The notes: generated by a model from the letters alone, not told the origin. A stretch of 64,000 nt of DNA from Acidimicrobiia bacterium (GCA_009843865.1 VYCQ01000014.1:23247-87246), one strand, 5' to 3'; positions 1 through 9,344 are shown, numbered from the stretch's first letter. Program-made: numbers and translations.

Positions 1-361
1 AAGCACTGACGAGTTCGGTTATCTTCGGGGCGCACGAGTACTCTTTGACCGCGAGAAGAACTTTGTTGTGTCGATTCAGTAGAAGAAGCAGCATTCCCAT
101 TGTGATGCTGGGATCCACTGGAATAGGTTCATCTTTCGACCGGTTTTCGCTGCATCTTGTAGGAGCCATGTGGACAGCAGCGGCTTTGAATCCACCGTCA
201 CCAATTTCTGACACGACAATGACATTTGCACCATCCGGGTGCAACACGGCCAAGTCAGCAGCAACATCTCCAATCAGATCATCCTCTAGTGCTACATGGC
301 ACGGCAGATCTTGTAGCGCACGCAGATCGCGTACCTGCTGGTTGTGCATCCAATGATCCAT
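1..361 (-). CDS. hypothetical protein, C-terminal part cut off by window edge
   Basis: Minus-strand frame is open from ATG 361 (alt TTG 403) to position 1 (MDHWMHNQQVRDLRALQDLPCHVALEDDLIGDV...). It is absent from the ORF track because it has no stop in the window. No family recognised. Confidence 0.3.
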   Translation of the reverse strand, partial: MDHWMHNQQVRDLRALQDLPCHVALEDDLIGDVAADLAVLHPDGANVIVVSEIGDGGFKAAAVHMAPTRCSENRSKDEPIPVDPSITMGMLLLLLNRHNKVLLAVKEYSCAPKITELVSA

Positions 362-460
362 AAACGCCTTGGCGGCGCTATGTCTTTGCGATACTCGGTC
401 CAATTGGCTTCTCCTCTCCCGTGTGTTGTCTCCATTCTTAACAGGTCTCGTACTTAAAGC

Positions 461-664
461 CTATAGGCACACATACATACTATGCTCATCTACCAACCGG
501 TCCCATTCCCGGTACAAGGCAACTTCTAAGTCTTCGCGTGTTGCAATTTTGCTAATCGTCCTGCGCTGAGGCGGGTAAACATGACGATGTTCATGCACTT
601 CATTGTGCTCCGGATCGATAGTAACCAGCTGAGTGGTTGTCCCATCATCCGCATCTCGTTCCAA
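461..664 (-). CDS. hypothetical small protein (67 aa)
   Basis: ORF-track entry lying directly upstream of, and co-oriented with, the partial ORF at 1-361, which could make a two-gene module. No motif recognised. Confidence 0.25.
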   Translation of the reverse strand: MERDADDGTTTQLVTIDPEHNEVHEHRHVYPPQRRTISKIATREDLEVALYREWDRLVDEHSMYVCL

Positions 665-784
665 ACTAATAAGAAAATAAGAAAGCGCTCCACCTTGTCA
701 ATCAAGGAAAACAGGGAAGAAACGGACTTGTCATCGTCCTAGTTTTTATGGGAAACGACGCTGAAGTATCACACCCTAATTCCG

Positions 785-1162
785 CTATGCGGCCAGAACT
801 TCGTTGACGATTTTGTAGCCGCTAATAACCGTCGTGCCTTCGTTTCGGGGCAAGCGTAACAGTGTGCGTTTACGAGCTGGGTCGGCCACGATATCAGCAG
901 AGCGAAACACTTTGCTTATGATTGCGGCCATCCTTTTCAGGGCATTGTCAAACGAATCGGCATCAGCAACGAGAAACCAGATTCGCAACTCTCCAGTATC
1001 GGCTTGACCAGAAACACCACAATCTGAAATCAGACTATGCAGACTGTCGGACACCTTCTCGAACACCGCATCGTATTCATCTCTACTAAGCACCTGCTCT
1101 CGCTCGTCAGCCCTGTGAACCAGCACGCCCGTAACAGTGACTTCCATAATCGAGTCGCTCAT
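785..1162 (-). CDS. hypothetical protein (125 aa)
   Basis: ATG at 1162 is preceded by a strong SD (AAGGAGGTGA). The gene lies 20 nt downstream of the HicA-like ORF. Its last ~30 codons recur as a remnant at 2844-2939. Confidence 0.5.
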   Translation of the reverse strand: MSDSIMEVTVTGVLVHRADEREQVLSRDEYDAVFEKVSDSLHSLISDCGVSGQADTGELRIWFLVADADSFDNALKRMAAIISKVFRSADIVADPARKRTLLRLPRNEGTTVISGYKIVNEVLAA

Positions 1163-1182
1163 GTCACCTCCTTTTATATAGG

Positions 1183-1386
1183 TCAGTGCGGACATCTGTC
1201 AATGTCGGCTTGCCGGTTAGCGAGGGTACGCTGTGACGACGGAGTAAGGGGGATGGTGACGAGACAGCCTCCCGAAGAACATCGACCTTGAAACTTCTTG
1301 GCCCGCCGTTCAAACACCCAACCTGCCTTTTCGGCGCACTTCATCATGTACTCATAATCACTCTTTTGATGGCGAGGGCGCACCAC
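1183..1386 (-). CDS. possible HicA-family toxin-like protein
   Basis: 67 aa. AEKAGWVFERR ... VTIPLTPSSQRTLANRQADI resembles the HicA pattern (L.k.GW...R ... vtvP.H....gTl..I), but the GSHH motif is not conserved. Confidence 0.35.
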   Translation of the reverse strand: MVRPRHQKSDYEYMMKCAEKAGWVFERRAKKFQGRCSSGGCLVTIPLTPSSQRTLANRQADIDRCPH

Positions 1387-1690
1387 TGACGCTCAGCTCC
1401 AAAGTGCCCGACAGAAAGCCAATGATCGGGATTCATTCCCTCGAAACAAGCCTATAGTACAAGGTCTTACCAAAAGAACTGATATACCCTTACAGCAGAC
1501 GACAAGGGCCAAACAGCCGACCTCCTTGATCTGCCTCTTGCCGAACCTCGCTAACCCCGGCATAACCATGTAACAAGTATGCCCATATTAATTCCAACTT
1601 ATTCAAGTATTTATATATTATTTTCATAATTGTTGGTCATCACAGGTCAGCGGCAAGGTGCCATCCGGCCTAAGCAAATATGATGTATGA

Positions 1691-1924
1691 GTGCCAGTAA
1701 CTCTTGAGCTCCCTGACAACGTGGTGGCTCGTCTGCGCCGCGAGGCCGACAGTCGAGACATGGGCTTGGACGAACTTGTGACCGAATTGGTATCGCTGCT
1801 TCCCCTTTCGCCAACACCAGTTGGCCACCGTGCTTTAGGATTTGTCGGCATCGGAGCTTCAAACTCAAGCTTTAATGCCGCTAACGCAGACGAGATCCTC
1901 GCTGAGAGTTTCGGACACAATTGA
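1691..1924 (+). CDS. ribbon-helix-helix antitoxin (VapB/CopG-like)
   Basis: GTG start. The N-terminus VTLELPDNVVARLRREADSRDMGLDELV is typical of RHH antitoxins. A PIN N-terminal motif follows immediately downstream. Confidence 0.6.
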   Translation: MPVTLELPDNVVARLRREADSRDMGLDELVTELVSLLPLSPTPVGHRALGFVGIGASNSSFNAANADEILAESFGHN

Positions 1925-1928
1925 ACTC

Positions 1929-2000
1929 TTGCTAGTTATAGACACCGGAGTCCTGCTAGCGGCTGCTTACTCCAGCGACCCCGATGACCACACCAGCCTA
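1929..2000 (+). pseudogene. PIN-domain (VapC-like) toxin remnant, N-terminal ~25 codons only
   Basis: (L)LVIDTGVLLAAAYSSDPDDH matches the first acidic motif of PIN toxins. Downstream sequence shows no PIN similarity in any frame. Confidence 0.5.
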
Positions 2001-2077
2001 AGCATCAAAAGTCCTGCAATTCCATCAAGTCCAACACCCCACACTCTCATGCACGCGAACAAATACCACCGTCAAAC

Positions 2078-2189
2078 CAACGATCATCCACCTGTCCATA
2101 TGTGGGTCCATCGCCCCGAGGACGGTGAGCCATCGCCACAATCCCCTGATCAACGATCATCCACCTGTCCATATGTGGGTCCATCGCCC
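2078..2189. repeat. perfect 39-bp direct repeat, two copies (2078-2116 and 2151-2189), 73-bp period
   Basis: caacgatcatccacctgtccatatgtgggtccatcgccc occurs twice, read directly from the sequence. Confidence 0.95.
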
Positions 2190-2203
2190 GCCACCGCCAC
2201 GAC

Positions 2204-2410
2204 TCAGAACTTCTTCAAGCTCACCTTTTCACCCCGCCCCGCTCGGCGAGCCAACTCCCGCAACTCGTCAACTGTGACGGCATCTTCCCATGCGGATTCA
2301 TCGGCCAGACATTCCAAGGCACCTGCTTCAGATTAAGCGAATTTGTGGTCAACCTCTTCAAGCGCTTCCGTAGAAAGCACCTCTTCTAGGCGAGGAGCAA
2401 CTCCAGCCAT
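2204..2410 (-). pseudogene. small ORF (69 codons) interrupted by an in-frame TAA
   Basis: MAGVAPRLEEVLSTEALEEVDHKFA*SEAGALECLADESAWEDAVTVDELRELARRAGRGEKVSLKKF*, with the TAA at 2333-2335. Family unknown. Confidence 0.3.
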
Positions 2411-2423
2411 TGATCGGTTCGCC

Positions 2424-2780
2424 TCACCTTTGCTGTAGGACATCCTGCCATCCTACGCACCGTCCGCCCCAAAACCGCCCGAACTGCCTGTGCTGAAAAT
2501 AACGTAGAAATGTGGCTGCCCAGTAACCCTGCTTGTCGGCCCCCACAATGTTGCTAACAGTTTTGCGGTTGAGGCCAGAAACCTCGGCGATTTGGCGAAG
2601 CGAGGCACCAACACGATGGGCGACCCTTATCATGTCGTCTCGAATGGCCGACTCCTTATCAACCCGCTCAGAACTCAGGCCAACCACAGCCAATGCCGCG
2701 CCGATCTCGCCGTCTTGGCCAGCCCGATACTTCTCTATGCGCCTAACTGCTGCAAGCACCTCTGTTTCGTTATAGCTCAT
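2424..2780 (-). CDS. helix-turn-helix protein, hypothetical
   Basis: GASLRQIAEVSGLNRKTVSNIV looks like an HTH segment. The W/F/R-rich C-terminal tail may not be native. Confidence 0.45.
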   Translation of the reverse strand: MSYNETEVLAAVRRIEKYRAGQDGEIGAALAVVGLSSERVDKESAIRDDMIRVAHRVGASLRQIAEVSGLNRKTVSNIVGADKQGYWAATFLRYFQHRQFGRFWGGRCVGWQDVLQQR

Positions 2781-2843
2781 CACGTCCCCTTCAGTTCGTC
2801 GGCCAACTTGTCTCGAAAATGTCGTGCATCTACAGCTCTAGCG

Positions 2844-2939
2844 CTATGTAGCCAAAACTTCTTTAACGATCTTGTATTTACTGATAACCGTCGTGCCTTC
2901 ATTTCGGAACAAGCGTAACGATATGCGTTTGCGAGCTGA
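2844..2939 (-). pseudogene. 3' remnant of a paralogue of the 785-1162 gene
   Basis: ARKRISLRLFRNEGTTVISKYKIVKEVLAT* compares with ARKRTLLRLPRNEGTTVISGYKIVNEVLAA* at 785-880. DNA identity is roughly 80% over ~95 bp by eye. An in-frame TGA lies immediately upstream. Confidence 0.55.
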
Positions 2940-2974
2940 TCAATTACTTAGGATAAAATGACCACCGTACATGG

Positions 2975-3307
2975 CTAAATTTGTACAAGTCTGCGCCGCG
3001 ATCCAAGACGCGCTGGTCGCTGGGCAATGTTGACCAATGAGAAATGCCCTAGTCCAAAGCGTTCACAACCGACCGAATAAGCATCGCCTTCATCATTAAA
3101 GACCATCACAAGTTCACCTTCGTGCATCAGCGCGACTTTGCCGTTATGCTTTGGCTTCAGCTCACCCTTCAGTCGTGTGTCGTAAATCTGTTGATTTCTC
3201 TCTACCTCTGTGGATATCGGGCTACCCCTTTTGTTCGCAAGGACTGAAGCCTCAGCGTATCGCCAGGGGGTCGTGGTAACAATCTCTCTACATTCTGAAC
3301 CACCCAA
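2975..3307 (-). CDS. hypothetical small protein (antitoxin-like beta-rich fold suspected)
   Basis: HNGKVALMHEGELVMVFNDEGDAYSVGCERFGLGHF resembles small 'G-K-W-V-A-i-..G-e-v-v' proteins found in TA-rich regions. The start is uncertain. Confidence 0.4.
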   Translation of the reverse strand: MGGSECREIVTTTPWRYAEASVLANKRGSPISTEVERNQQIYDTRLKGELKPKHNGKVALMHEGELVMVFNDEGDAYSVGCERFGLGHFSLVNIAQRPARLGSRRRLVQI

Positions 3308-3430
3308 TCTCGGAGCAAAAAATACCCTTAAGTGTCACAGTGGCTACGCGAAGGATAAAAAATTGGTAGCAAGGCTTAAAGGGATCGAGAACCTCAAATC
3401 GCAGCCATCCACCCTACTAGAGTCAGCAAT

Positions 3431-4417
3431 ATGTTGAGAGAAAAGCTCAAAACCGGTTGTCGCGGATGGTTCGGCATTAGAGCGCTTGCCATGATGTTGC
3501 TGCTTACTTTGGGGGCAAGCACTGCCCCTGTTGGGGGCCAACCACGCAACAACCAGCTTGAGAGCCTAGAAGCGAAAATCGCCGAGCAAGAGATGCTTAT
3601 CGCCGACAGAGACGTATTGATCCAAGCCCAAGAAGCTCTACTCAACACTTACCGATGCATGTTCAGCATCGACACCGAGCTAGTGCCAAACGGATGCCCC
3701 AATCCCGCACAGACAGATCCCATACAACCAAACCCCGCACAGCCAAATACAACGCAGCCAGATCCTGCGCCAAGCCCAACTGCCACTCCCACCCCGTCAA
3801 CCACTCCCCTAGACCAACCAACTATCCCCGAAAGCACAACCGCCGAACAGTGGGAGCAACTCCGCCAATGCAATGCTAAGGGCAACTATCAACATGTACA
3901 CCCCAACCAAGCGAACTTCGGTGTCTATGAGTTCAGACAAAGCAGCTGGGATGGCATCGCCCGTCAACACCACCCACACCTAGAGGGGGTTAACCCCAGC
4001 GACGCTGCCCCAGCCGACCAAGATCGCATGGCCTACCTTTTGTTCGGTGAGCGGGGATGGGCACCGTGGCCAGCCTGCAACCCAACTTCGCAAGTGATTT
4101 CATCGGGCGGCGAATCGTCTGAAGGTGCAGCCGACCTCTCGCCGATTCCTGCTGGCAGCACCCAAGCTCAGTGGGATCACCTCATCAACTGCGAATCTAG
4201 CGGCAACTACTCGGCCTACAACCCTGCTGGGCCATATCTGGGCGCTTTCCAGTTTCTCCAAAGCACCTGGAATGAGGTTGCCCGACGCAACCATCCACAC
4301 CTAGAGGGGATAGATCCCCGAGATGCTGCTCCCGCCGACCAGCATCGTATGGCCCATGCCCTTTACCAAGAATCGGGATGGCAACCGTGGCCCGCCTGCA
4401 CCGCGGCATTTAGCTAA
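3431..4417 (+). CDS. secreted protein with two Rpf/transglycosylase-like domains
   Basis: Has a signal-peptide-like N-terminus and a P/T/Q-rich linker. Two repeats follow: C(N/E)(A/S)(K/S)GNY...G(V/A)(Y/F)(E/Q)F.QS(S/T)W...PHLEG..P.DA.PADQ..MA..L....GW.PWPAC. Confidence 0.75.
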   Translation: MLREKLKTGCRGWFGIRALAMMLLLTLGASTAPVGGQPRNNQLESLEAKIAEQEMLIADRDVLIQAQEALLNTYRCMFSIDTELVPNGCPNPAQTDPIQPNPAQPNTTQPDPAPSPTATPTPSTTPLDQPTIPESTTAEQWEQLRQCNAKGNYQHVHPNQANFGVYEFRQSSWDGIARQHHPHLEGVNPSDAAPADQDRMAYLLFGERGWAPWPACNPTSQVISSGGESSEGAADLSPIPAGSTQAQWDHLINCESSGNYSAYNPAGPYLGAFQFLQSTWNEVARRNHPHLEGIDPRDAAPADQHRMAHALYQESGWQPWPACTAAFS

Positions 4418-4464
4418 TAGCGCTCGCTAAGCCCCAAAGCTTGCTTCACGATTACGCTTAACAT

Positions 4465-5310
4465 ATGAGTTTGAAACCAGATCACGATGTGCTGGGCATC
4501 TCAGGCGCAGACACCCCGCTACAAGGGTCATGCAACAAGATCACCAAAAAAGACTATGAACGAGAACTAAGGCGACTCCAAAAAGAGTTGGTGCGGTTGC
4601 AGCGTTGGATCCGACACAAGGGCCTCAAAGTAGTAGTGATCTTTGAAGGACGAGATGCCGCTGGCAAGGGCGGGGTCATCAAGCGCATCGCTGAACGCAC
4701 TAACCCACGGGTAGTGCGGGTGGTGGCTCTGGGCACACCCAGCGACCGAGAAAAAACCCAGTGGTGGTTCCAGCGCTATGTGGCCGAACTGCCTGCTGTC
4801 GGAGAGATGATCCTGTTCGACCGCAGCTGGTATAACCGAGGACTGGTAGAACCGGTGATGGGGTTCTGCACTCCCGAGGAGTACCAGGAGTTTCTACGAT
4901 CATGCCCAGAGTTCGAGCGTATGCTGGTGCGTTCGGGAATCATCTTGATTAAGTACTGGTTTTCGGTGAGCGACGACGAGCAAGAGCGCCGATTTCAAAA
5001 TCGCATCAATGATCCGATGCGGCGCTGGAAGCTGTCACCGATGGATATTGAGGGTCGAAGCCGCTGGGTGGAGTTCTCGAAGGCTAAAGACACGCTGTTC
5101 GCCCACACCGACATCAAACAAGCCCCTTGGTATGTGGTGAACGCCGATTCAAAAAAAGCAGCCCGACTAAACTGCATCTCACATCTGCTGTCGATGATTC
5201 CTTATGAGGAAGTGCCCTGGGAGGAAGTTGAGATACCCGAGCGCCAAGACCGCATTGGCTACGTGCGCCCGCCCCTCGAAGATCAAACCTTCGTGCCTGA
5301 GGTCTACTGA
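4465..5310 (+). CDS. ppk2: polyphosphate kinase 2 (PPK2 family)
   Basis: PPK2 signatures IFEGRDAAGKGG, FQRY, LFDRSWYNR and APWYVV. Confidence 0.9.
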   Translation: MSLKPDHDVLGISGADTPLQGSCNKITKKDYERELRRLQKELVRLQRWIRHKGLKVVVIFEGRDAAGKGGVIKRIAERTNPRVVRVVALGTPSDREKTQWWFQRYVAELPAVGEMILFDRSWYNRGLVEPVMGFCTPEEYQEFLRSCPEFERMLVRSGIILIKYWFSVSDDEQERRFQNRINDPMRRWKLSPMDIEGRSRWVEFSKAKDTLFAHTDIKQAPWYVVNADSKKAARLNCISHLLSMIPYEEVPWEEVEIPERQDRIGYVRPPLEDQTFVPEVY

Positions 5311-5378
5311 GCGTTTGAACAGCTAAAAAACCACCGCCATCATGTGTGGCACAATCCAGTCAGACGAAGCGCTGCGCG

Positions 5379-6512
5379 TTAAAACTCAATGACTTGACGC
5401 ACAACCTCGCCGTTGCGCACTGCTTCTAACGCGGGGTTGATCTCGTGGATGCTGATGCGCCGTGTGATCATACCCTCTAAGTTGAGCTTGCCGCTTTTCC
5501 ACAACCGCAACAGCCGGTGAAAGTCGGTGCGCACATCAGTGCCACCGTAATAAGAGCCCACCAATGTCTTCTCGTTGTAGAACAACTCGAAGGCGTTGAA
5601 CGACACCATCTCTTCCATGCGACCCACGCCCACGATGCAACAGGTGCCACCCCGTCGGGTCATGTCGTAGGCGGTGCGCATCAGGGCAGGAACACCGATG
5701 CACTCCAACGCATAGTCGAACCCATCACCTCCGGTGATCTGGTTCTTGGTATCTGCCAAATCTTCGGGCAGCACCGCATGAGTGGCACCGAAGGCAATGG
5801 CCTCATCTAGCTTGGCCGGGTTCTTGTCCACCGCCACAATCTCAGCGGCACCAGCGATCCTCGCCCCTTGAATGGCAGCCACGCCCACACCACCTGCCCC
5901 GAACACCACCACTGACGAGCCAGGGCTGACCTTGGCTGTATTCAGGCAAGCTCCGACACCGGTCATCACCCCGCAACCGATGAGAGAAGCCACGTCTAGG
6001 GGTATGTCAGAGTCAATCTTCACCACACCCTGACGTGGCATGAGCGTCCTTTCGGCGAAGGTGCCCGCTCCAGCCATCCCCATCATTTCTTGACCACCCT
6101 GAGCAAACTTGGTGCGGGCCATAGCTCCAAAGGTGATGTTGATGCATAGGTTGGGCTGGTTGCGCCCCGTGCAATAAACGCACTTGCCGCACGGCGGCGA
6201 CCACACCACGATCACATGATCGCCCACAGCTAGATCATCCACATTGGAACCGACCTCTTCAATAATTCCGGCACCTTCGTGGCCAAGCACCAAAGGCGGT
6301 TCCTGGGGGATGGTTCCGTTCATCACCGACACATCAGAGTGACACACTCCGGTGTGGGTGATTTTTATAGCTACATCATCAGGACCTAGGTCTAGCATCT
6401 CGATGTCATCACATAAATCAAGGGTGGTCTCCCCCACCTCTCGCATGATCGCCGCAAGCACAATAAAAGCGTAGGCCGATCTCTCGACTACTTGCGAACC
6501 CGCTTCTGCCAA
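5379..6512 (-). CDS. zinc-dependent alcohol dehydrogenase family (class III-like)
   Basis: Motifs GVCHSD, GHEGAGIIEEVG, CGKCVYC and GAGGVGVAAIQGA. The track ORF extends to 6710, but that N-terminus overlaps the divergent gene. TTG 6512 is the proposed start; ATG 6443 is an alternative. Confidence 0.85.
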   Translation of the reverse strand: MAEAGSQVVERSAYAFIVLAAIMREVGETTLDLCDDIEMLDLGPDDVAIKITHTGVCHSDVSVMNGTIPQEPPLVLGHEGAGIIEEVGSNVDDLAVGDHVIVVWSPPCGKCVYCTGRNQPNLCINITFGAMARTKFAQGGQEMMGMAGAGTFAERTLMPRQGVVKIDSDIPLDVASLIGCGVMTGVGACLNTAKVSPGSSVVVFGAGGVGVAAIQGARIAGAAEIVAVDKNPAKLDEAIAFGATHAVLPEDLADTKNQITGGDGFDYALECIGVPALMRTAYDMTRRGGTCCIVGVGRMEEMVSFNAFELFYNEKTLVGSYYGGTDVRTDFHRLLRLWKSGKLNLEGMITRRISIHEINPALEAVRNGEVVRQVIEF

Positions 6513-6638
6513 GGTTCTTCTGTGGTGACCGAGGTCGTAAATACCATGGTCAGTGCATCTGTATTTCAGCACTTCATATGTCAGTTTTTTAGCACTTACA
6601 ATGACAGTAAAACCACACTTACAATATACTTTAACCCT

Positions 6639-7916
6639 GTGACTAAAACCCTTACTCCATCCGGATACCGACCTCGGATCGTCGACAGGGAAGTAGCTGA
6701 AGCCCTGCAATCCAGCCCTGCTGTCTTCCTAGATGGTCCCCGAGCCAGCGGAAAGACTTGGACCGCTAAGAACTTCGCGCAGAGCGAGGCGCTCTTCGAC
6801 ACAATACCCGGTGTCCGGCTAGCGGCATCAATTGATGCCGCATCCCTGCTTGACGGTCCCGTCCCTCGCTTGTTAGACGAATGGCAGCAAGTGCCCGAGA
6901 TCTGGAACCCCATGCGGCGTGCCTGCGATGAACGAGCTGAAATGGGGCAATTTCTACTTACCGGATCAGCGAATCCACCCGACGACATAACCAGGCATTC
7001 CGGTGCCGGACGGATCACAAGGGTGAGGCTGCGGCCAATGTCGTTGTTTGAATCAGGCGAATCGGATGGGAGCGTGTCGCTCAACAAGCTGATGAACGGT
7101 GAATCCAATCAACCACAAAACCCCGGTATTCAGATTCCTGAAATGATCGAACTTGTATGCCGGGGAGGCTGGCCAAGGATCATCTCAGGCACTCCAGCCT
7201 TCGCGCAGAGACGTTTGCGCGCATACTTAGACGATATCAGCCGTACCGATATCGCCCGGGTAGATGACATAAAGCGCGACCCCGTAGGAATCCGCCGACT
7301 ACTGACTTCGCTGGGGCGCAACACCGGCACCAAGGCATCTTACAAGACACTTGCCGAAGACGCGTCTGGAAATCGAGAAGTACCTTGGCATCCCCGAACT
7401 ATCAAGGAGTACTTGCAGGCACTTGAGCGGCTGTTCGTGGTTGAAGACTTACCAGCGTGGCAACCACATCTGAGATCGCGAATAGCCTTGCGCACGACTC
7501 CAACTCGCCATTTTGTATGCCCATCTCTCGCTGTAGCCGCCCTGCGGACGAACAGCACCCGACTGCGAGCTGATTTAAACTTCTTCGGCTTCCTCTTTGA
7601 ATCGCTCGTTGTGCGCGATCTTCGGGTCTATTCGCAACTCGAGGCTTGCCAGCTCTCTCATTATAGAGATGAATACGGTTTGGAAGTAGACGTGATCTTG
7701 GAAAGAGCCGACGGAGAGTGGGTTGCATTCGAAGTCAAACTTGGCGGCGATGAAGGGGTCATGGAAGGCATCGAATCACTTCGCCAGCTGAGAGATCGGG
7801 TCGACACCAAGCGAATGGGAGACCCCATCAAGTTGGCTGTCATCACCGCAACCGGCATCGGAGTTGAGTTACCCGACGGAATAGCAGTCATCCCTATCAC
7901 GACCCTAAGTCCCTGA
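6639..7916 (+). CDS. AAA ATPase with DUF4143-like C-terminal domain
   Basis: YRPRIVDREV...GPRASGKT (Walker A), LLDEWQ, LTGSA, HSGAGR and PMSLFE. GTG 6639 is proposed as the start, downstream of an AT-rich divergent promoter region; the start is uncertain. Confidence 0.8.
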   Translation: MTKTLTPSGYRPRIVDREVAEALQSSPAVFLDGPRASGKTWTAKNFAQSEALFDTIPGVRLAASIDAASLLDGPVPRLLDEWQQVPEIWNPMRRACDERAEMGQFLLTGSANPPDDITRHSGAGRITRVRLRPMSLFESGESDGSVSLNKLMNGESNQPQNPGIQIPEMIELVCRGGWPRIISGTPAFAQRRLRAYLDDISRTDIARVDDIKRDPVGIRRLLTSLGRNTGTKASYKTLAEDASGNREVPWHPRTIKEYLQALERLFVVEDLPAWQPHLRSRIALRTTPTRHFVCPSLAVAALRTNSTRLRADLNFFGFLFESLVVRDLRVYSQLEACQLSHYRDEYGLEVDVILERADGEWVAFEVKLGGDEGVMEGIESLRQLRDRVDTKRMGDPIKLAVITATGIGVELPDGIAVIPITTLSP

Positions 7917-8107
7917 GCGCTGGCTTAGCCTAAAGCGATATCGGTGCCACGGATTAGAAAGACAAGATGCCGGTTACTGCTGTCAGTCGACCATGCACTA
8001 TGCGGCCAAACGTTCGAGGATCCGCTGATACGCTCGGCTGCATTGCCCTAAGTCCTCTCCGGCTGGCCTGCTCAGCAGGGCGTGGCCGAGCTATGTTTTA
8101 GAATCAT

Positions 8108-8703
8108 TCAGCAGTTCACGTACTTAAAAGGTGAACACTCACCCTTTTTGAAGAGGTGCTGTACGCTGGTATTGCGATAGTGCGCCAACTCATCGGCAAC
8201 CTCGCCATTGAAGCCCCATCGTTTGTGAGGTTTACCGATGTCGTGTTCCCAGTCTCGGTCGCCTGACTGTCGCTGTCGCCAGCTATTAATCCGATACACC
8301 TCGTGGATGATTCCCTTATCAACGGCAAAGGCGTAGTCAGCGTTATTGCGGCGAGGGCCAAGCCTCCACCAGCCACGAGTTGCGTCGTACAGTTCCTCAG
8401 CAGAAATCTCGGGCGACCAGAACTGAGGAATCTTAAACAAGATCACCCGCTCTTTGATCTCAGGCACTCGGGGCGCATCAAAAAGCGATATTGCAACATC
8501 AGTGGTCATTCGGCCCCACCGCCAAACATCATGTCCTTCGACCTTGTTAGTGAGCTCGTCCATGCCCAGCAGCTACATAGCCGCTGCTTCAATCTCGAAG
8601 GCGGTTTCGTCTGTAAGCCCACGTAGAAAACCTTGTCGTCGCGCGGATCAATCAACAAATAGACATACGCCTTGAGCTTCTCGCTCACAGAAGGTGAGAA
8701 CAC
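8108..8703 (-). pseudogene. GIY-YIG nuclease family gene, disrupted
   Basis: The N-terminal motif YVYLLIDPRDDKVFYVG is joined out of frame to TDETAFEIEAAAM*LLGMDELTNKVEGH..., and about 50 expected codons between them are missing. An in-frame TAG lies at 8573-8575. The C-terminal domain (ATRGWWRLG..ADYAFAV..GIIHEVYRI) is intact. Confidence 0.65.
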
Positions 8704-8708
8704 GTTGT

Positions 8709-9326
8709 TTATCGTAATCGCCTCACTGAAAAGCGGCCATGAGCAACAAACCGAACAATGGCTAATGGGGTTGAAACCAGCGCTGGCAAACAACCGGCTC
8801 CTACGGTTTCTCTTTCTTTTGACCGCGCTTTTTTCATGATCCGGTCGGTAGCATCCCAGCCTTGCTTCTCCAGCCATAGAACCTGCTTAAAGGCCGCTTC
8901 TCGATCCTCTTGAACAGCCTCAACCATTGTCTCTACGTTGGCGCTCAGTCCGGTCATTGTGAGATTAGCAGACCCCGCCAAGACTGCGATTGGCTGCCCT
9001 TTAGGTACTTCTACAGCGAACATCTTGGAATGGGCGATAGCAGGCCCTTTCTGGTTCTTGGCAGTTCGGTACCAATTAAGAATCCGAACGTCGGGACGCG
9101 AGATAAACTTCACCACCTCGGCGGCATCGCGTGCCTCAAAGTTATCCAACCCGGTACGCAGATCACCGATCACAACCGTCACGGGCCTTTTCGCAGCCTT
9201 GCGAGCCAGCCACGCCAACCCTGCCATCGACGTGTACCCGGTTACAACATGAAGATGACCAATCGGATAATCAACCAAGAACCGCTCTATCCGCTTCATC
9301 ACCTGAGTGTCAAAGCCAAATCCCAT
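8709..9326 (-). CDS. HKD/PLD-superfamily nuclease-like protein (paralogue A)
   Basis: AHSKMFAVE...GSANLT is an HxK(x)4E...GSxN motif. The protein aligns along its length with the 18342-19220 product. Start is ATG 9326 (alt TTG 9341). Confidence 0.7.
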   Translation of the reverse strand: MGFGFDTQVMKRIERFLVDYPIGHLHVVTGYTSMAGLAWLARKAAKRPVTVVIGDLRTGLDNFEARDAAEVVKFISRPDVRILNWYRTAKNQKGPAIAHSKMFAVEVPKGQPIAVLAGSANLTMTGLSANVETMVEAVQEDREAAFKQVLWLEKQGWDATDRIMKKARSKERETVGAGCLPALVSTPLAIVRFVAHGRFSVRRLR

Positions 9327-9344
9327 AAGCCCAAGTAGCAAGCA

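Noticed and set aside
1842-2336. 164-aa ORF from the track as a real gene
   Set aside because: Only residues ~30-55 (LLVIDTGVLLAAAYSSDPDDH) look like protein (a PIN N-terminus). The rest is low-complexity P/S/T/H-rich readthrough across a 39-bp repeat, and the ORF overlaps the antitoxin gene upstream.
6513-6710. N-terminal 66-aa extension of the alcohol dehydrogenase ORF
   Set aside because: It has no similarity to ADH N-termini and overlaps the divergent promoter and start region of the ATPase gene. A TTG at 6512 gives a normal-length enzyme.
8506-8877. 123-aa ORF from the track
   Set aside because: It is a chimera. Its 5' part is an out-of-frame overlap with the HKD gene 3' end. Only its middle (the YVYLLIDPRDDKVFYVG segment) is meaningful, as part of the GIY-YIG pseudogene.
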